DNA of 64,000 bases, from the NCBI GenBank assembly GCA_965224245.1, contig OZ245046.1, positions 5,376,001-5,440,000 on the forward strand, read 5' to 3'. Below are positions 62,799 through 64,000 of the stretch, piece after piece. Origin of the DNA: Candidatus Eiseniibacteriota bacterium. Its GTDB lineage: Bacteria > Eisenbacteria > RBG-16-71-46 > CAZAMP01. Under the pieces are notes generated by a model. It made no database searches and was not told the DNA's origin. It was given only the letters and a program-made list of their open reading frames with translations. The translations under genes were made by a program, and so were the position numbers. The first letter of the stretch is position 1. Each line of letters begins with the position of its first letter.

Positions 62799-63443
62799 AT
62801 GAGGCCGACCCAGACCCCATCATTCCCGACGCCGTGGAGAGGGCGTGCCGCCGGCACGCTGCTGATCGGTGTCGCATTGCTCGCATCGTGCGCGAGCGAG
62901 CCCGAGACGACCCGCGACGCCTCCACCGACGGCGACGCCGCACCGGGCCGGCCGCGTCCGGCGATCGCGATGAGCGACGTGCAGACCGTCGAGGGACTCT
63001 CGTTCCGGGTCCCGACCACGTGGCCCTCGGTCGAGCCGTCCGGCGCGATGCGCAAGGCCCAGTTCCAGATCCCGGGCGCGTCCTCGGACGGCGACGGCGA
63101 GCTGGTCGTGTTCCACTTCGGGGTCGGCAGCGGCGGCGACACCGAATCGAACATCACGCGCTGGATCCAGCAGTTCGATGCCGACGAGGGAGCGACGCCC
63201 GGTCGCTCCACGATCGAGACCGCGGCCGGCCTGAAGGTGTCCACGGTCAGCCTGGCGGGAACGATGAAGCCCTCGCCGATGATGGGCCAGACCGAGGCGA
63301 AGCCCGGGTGGTACCTCCTCGGAAGCGTCATCGAGGGCGAGGGCGGCCCCTGGTTCTTCAAGGCGACCGGTCCCCGCGAGACGCTCACCGCGAGCCGGGA
63401 CGCTTACAACGCGATGATCGCGACGTTCGCCCCCGCTCAGTGA
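62799..63443 (+). CDS. Hypothetical lipoprotein
   Basis: Lipobox LLASC; GGDTESNITRWIQQF, WFFKATGP; AAGGAG RBS. Confidence 0.72.
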   Translation: MRPTQTPSFPTPWRGRAAGTLLIGVALLASCASEPETTRDASTDGDAAPGRPRPAIAMSDVQTVEGLSFRVPTTWPSVEPSGAMRKAQFQIPGASSDGDGELVVFHFGVGSGGDTESNITRWIQQFDADEGATPGRSTIETAAGLKVSTVSLAGTMKPSPMMGQTEAKPGWYLLGSVIEGEGGPWFFKATGPRETLTASRDAYNAMIATFAPAQ

Positions 63444-64000
63444 CCCGATGGCCGGCCGCCTCGGCGGCCGGCGCCCGTCGTCCCATCCGTCATCGTCTCC
63501 AGCGCGCGTGACGTGTGGTCAGCCCGGATGTCTCCCCGGGCCAGGCGCCGCCGGAGTCGTTCGAGATCCTCGGGGCGGTCCACGTCGAACCAGCGCGCGA
63601 GCATCGACACCGCGAAGCCCCGGGACTCGAGGCGATCGCGTGTCCTGGCCAGGGTGTCTTCGCGACTCCACGGGAGACCGGCCAGGATCCCTTCGGGGCA
63701 CTCGGTGAGTCCGAGCGTGTAGAAGCCCCCGTCGGCGGTCGGCCCCATCGCCGCCCGCGCACCACGGGCCGCGGCCAGCCACCGGTTCGCCCGGGCCAGA
63801 GCCGCGGTGGGCACACCCGGGGAATCCACACCGACCGCCATCGCGACCGGCGCGTCGTGGAGCGCTCTCCTGAGGACGCGCTCCACACGATCACCGAGGT
63901 CGCCCTCGCCCTGGGTCCATATCGGGATCGACGGTGGGATCAGTCCGGTCTCGAACGGGCCCGTGCTCGCGACGGTCACCCGCGCCCAGTCGAGCGTGCG
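63437..64000 (-). CDS. DUF2064/TIGR04282-like glycosyltransferase-A-fold protein (5' end outside window)
   Basis: QGEGDLGDR, GVDSP, GPTADGGFY, LPWS, DVDRPEDL; frame open to the window edge. Confidence 0.82.
   Translation of the reverse strand, partial: RTLDWARVTVASTGPFETGLIPPSIPIWTQGEGDLGDRVERVLRRALHDAPVAMAVGVDSPGVPTAALARANRWLAAARGARAAMGPTADGGFYTLGLTECPEGILAGLPWSREDTLARTRDRLESRGFAVSMLARWFDVDRPEDLERLRRRLARGDIRADHTSRALETMTDGTTGAGRRGGRPSGH

Overview
High-GC bacterial chromosomal window of a diderm organism (TonB-dependent receptor, RND/OMF pumps, a T9SS/FlgD-like C-terminal domain). The protein repertoire suggests an FCB-group lineage such as Ca. Eisenbacteria or Krumholzibacteriota (inference). 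In order it contains: the 5' part of a type IV pilus operon (pilB-pilC-pilin-two minor pilins), an MFS transporter and flavin monooxygenase, a lipoprotein, clpS-clpA, ferritin plus an orphan sugar ABC ATPase, pdhABCD with a lipoate ligase, DinB proteins, asnB, SPFH-HTH and Zn-ribbon genes, pyk, a TetR-OMF-MFP-RND efflux operon, a TonB-dependent receptor, a sensorless histidine kinase, an MFP with two RND subunits and a beta-propeller, an ArcE/cDPGS-like ATPase, and aceB-aceA with a RamB/ScfR-type regulator. No rRNA, tRNA, CRISPR array, transposase or integrase was recognised. Two signals stand out. (1) Three unlinked secreted proteins end in the same short motif, C-x(1-3)-TPVxxTSWxxI[KR]xx[YF]; on one protein scaffold it occupies the position where a sister protein carries a T9SS-like CTD, so it is a candidate uncharacterised protein-sorting signal. 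(2) A lower-GC secreted-protein gene sits between two inverted ~144-bp structured repeats with a 90-bp core that is 80/90 identical and closing stems that show a compensatory change. Probable single-base frameshifts or non-canonical starts are also noted in tetR and in the cassette gene.
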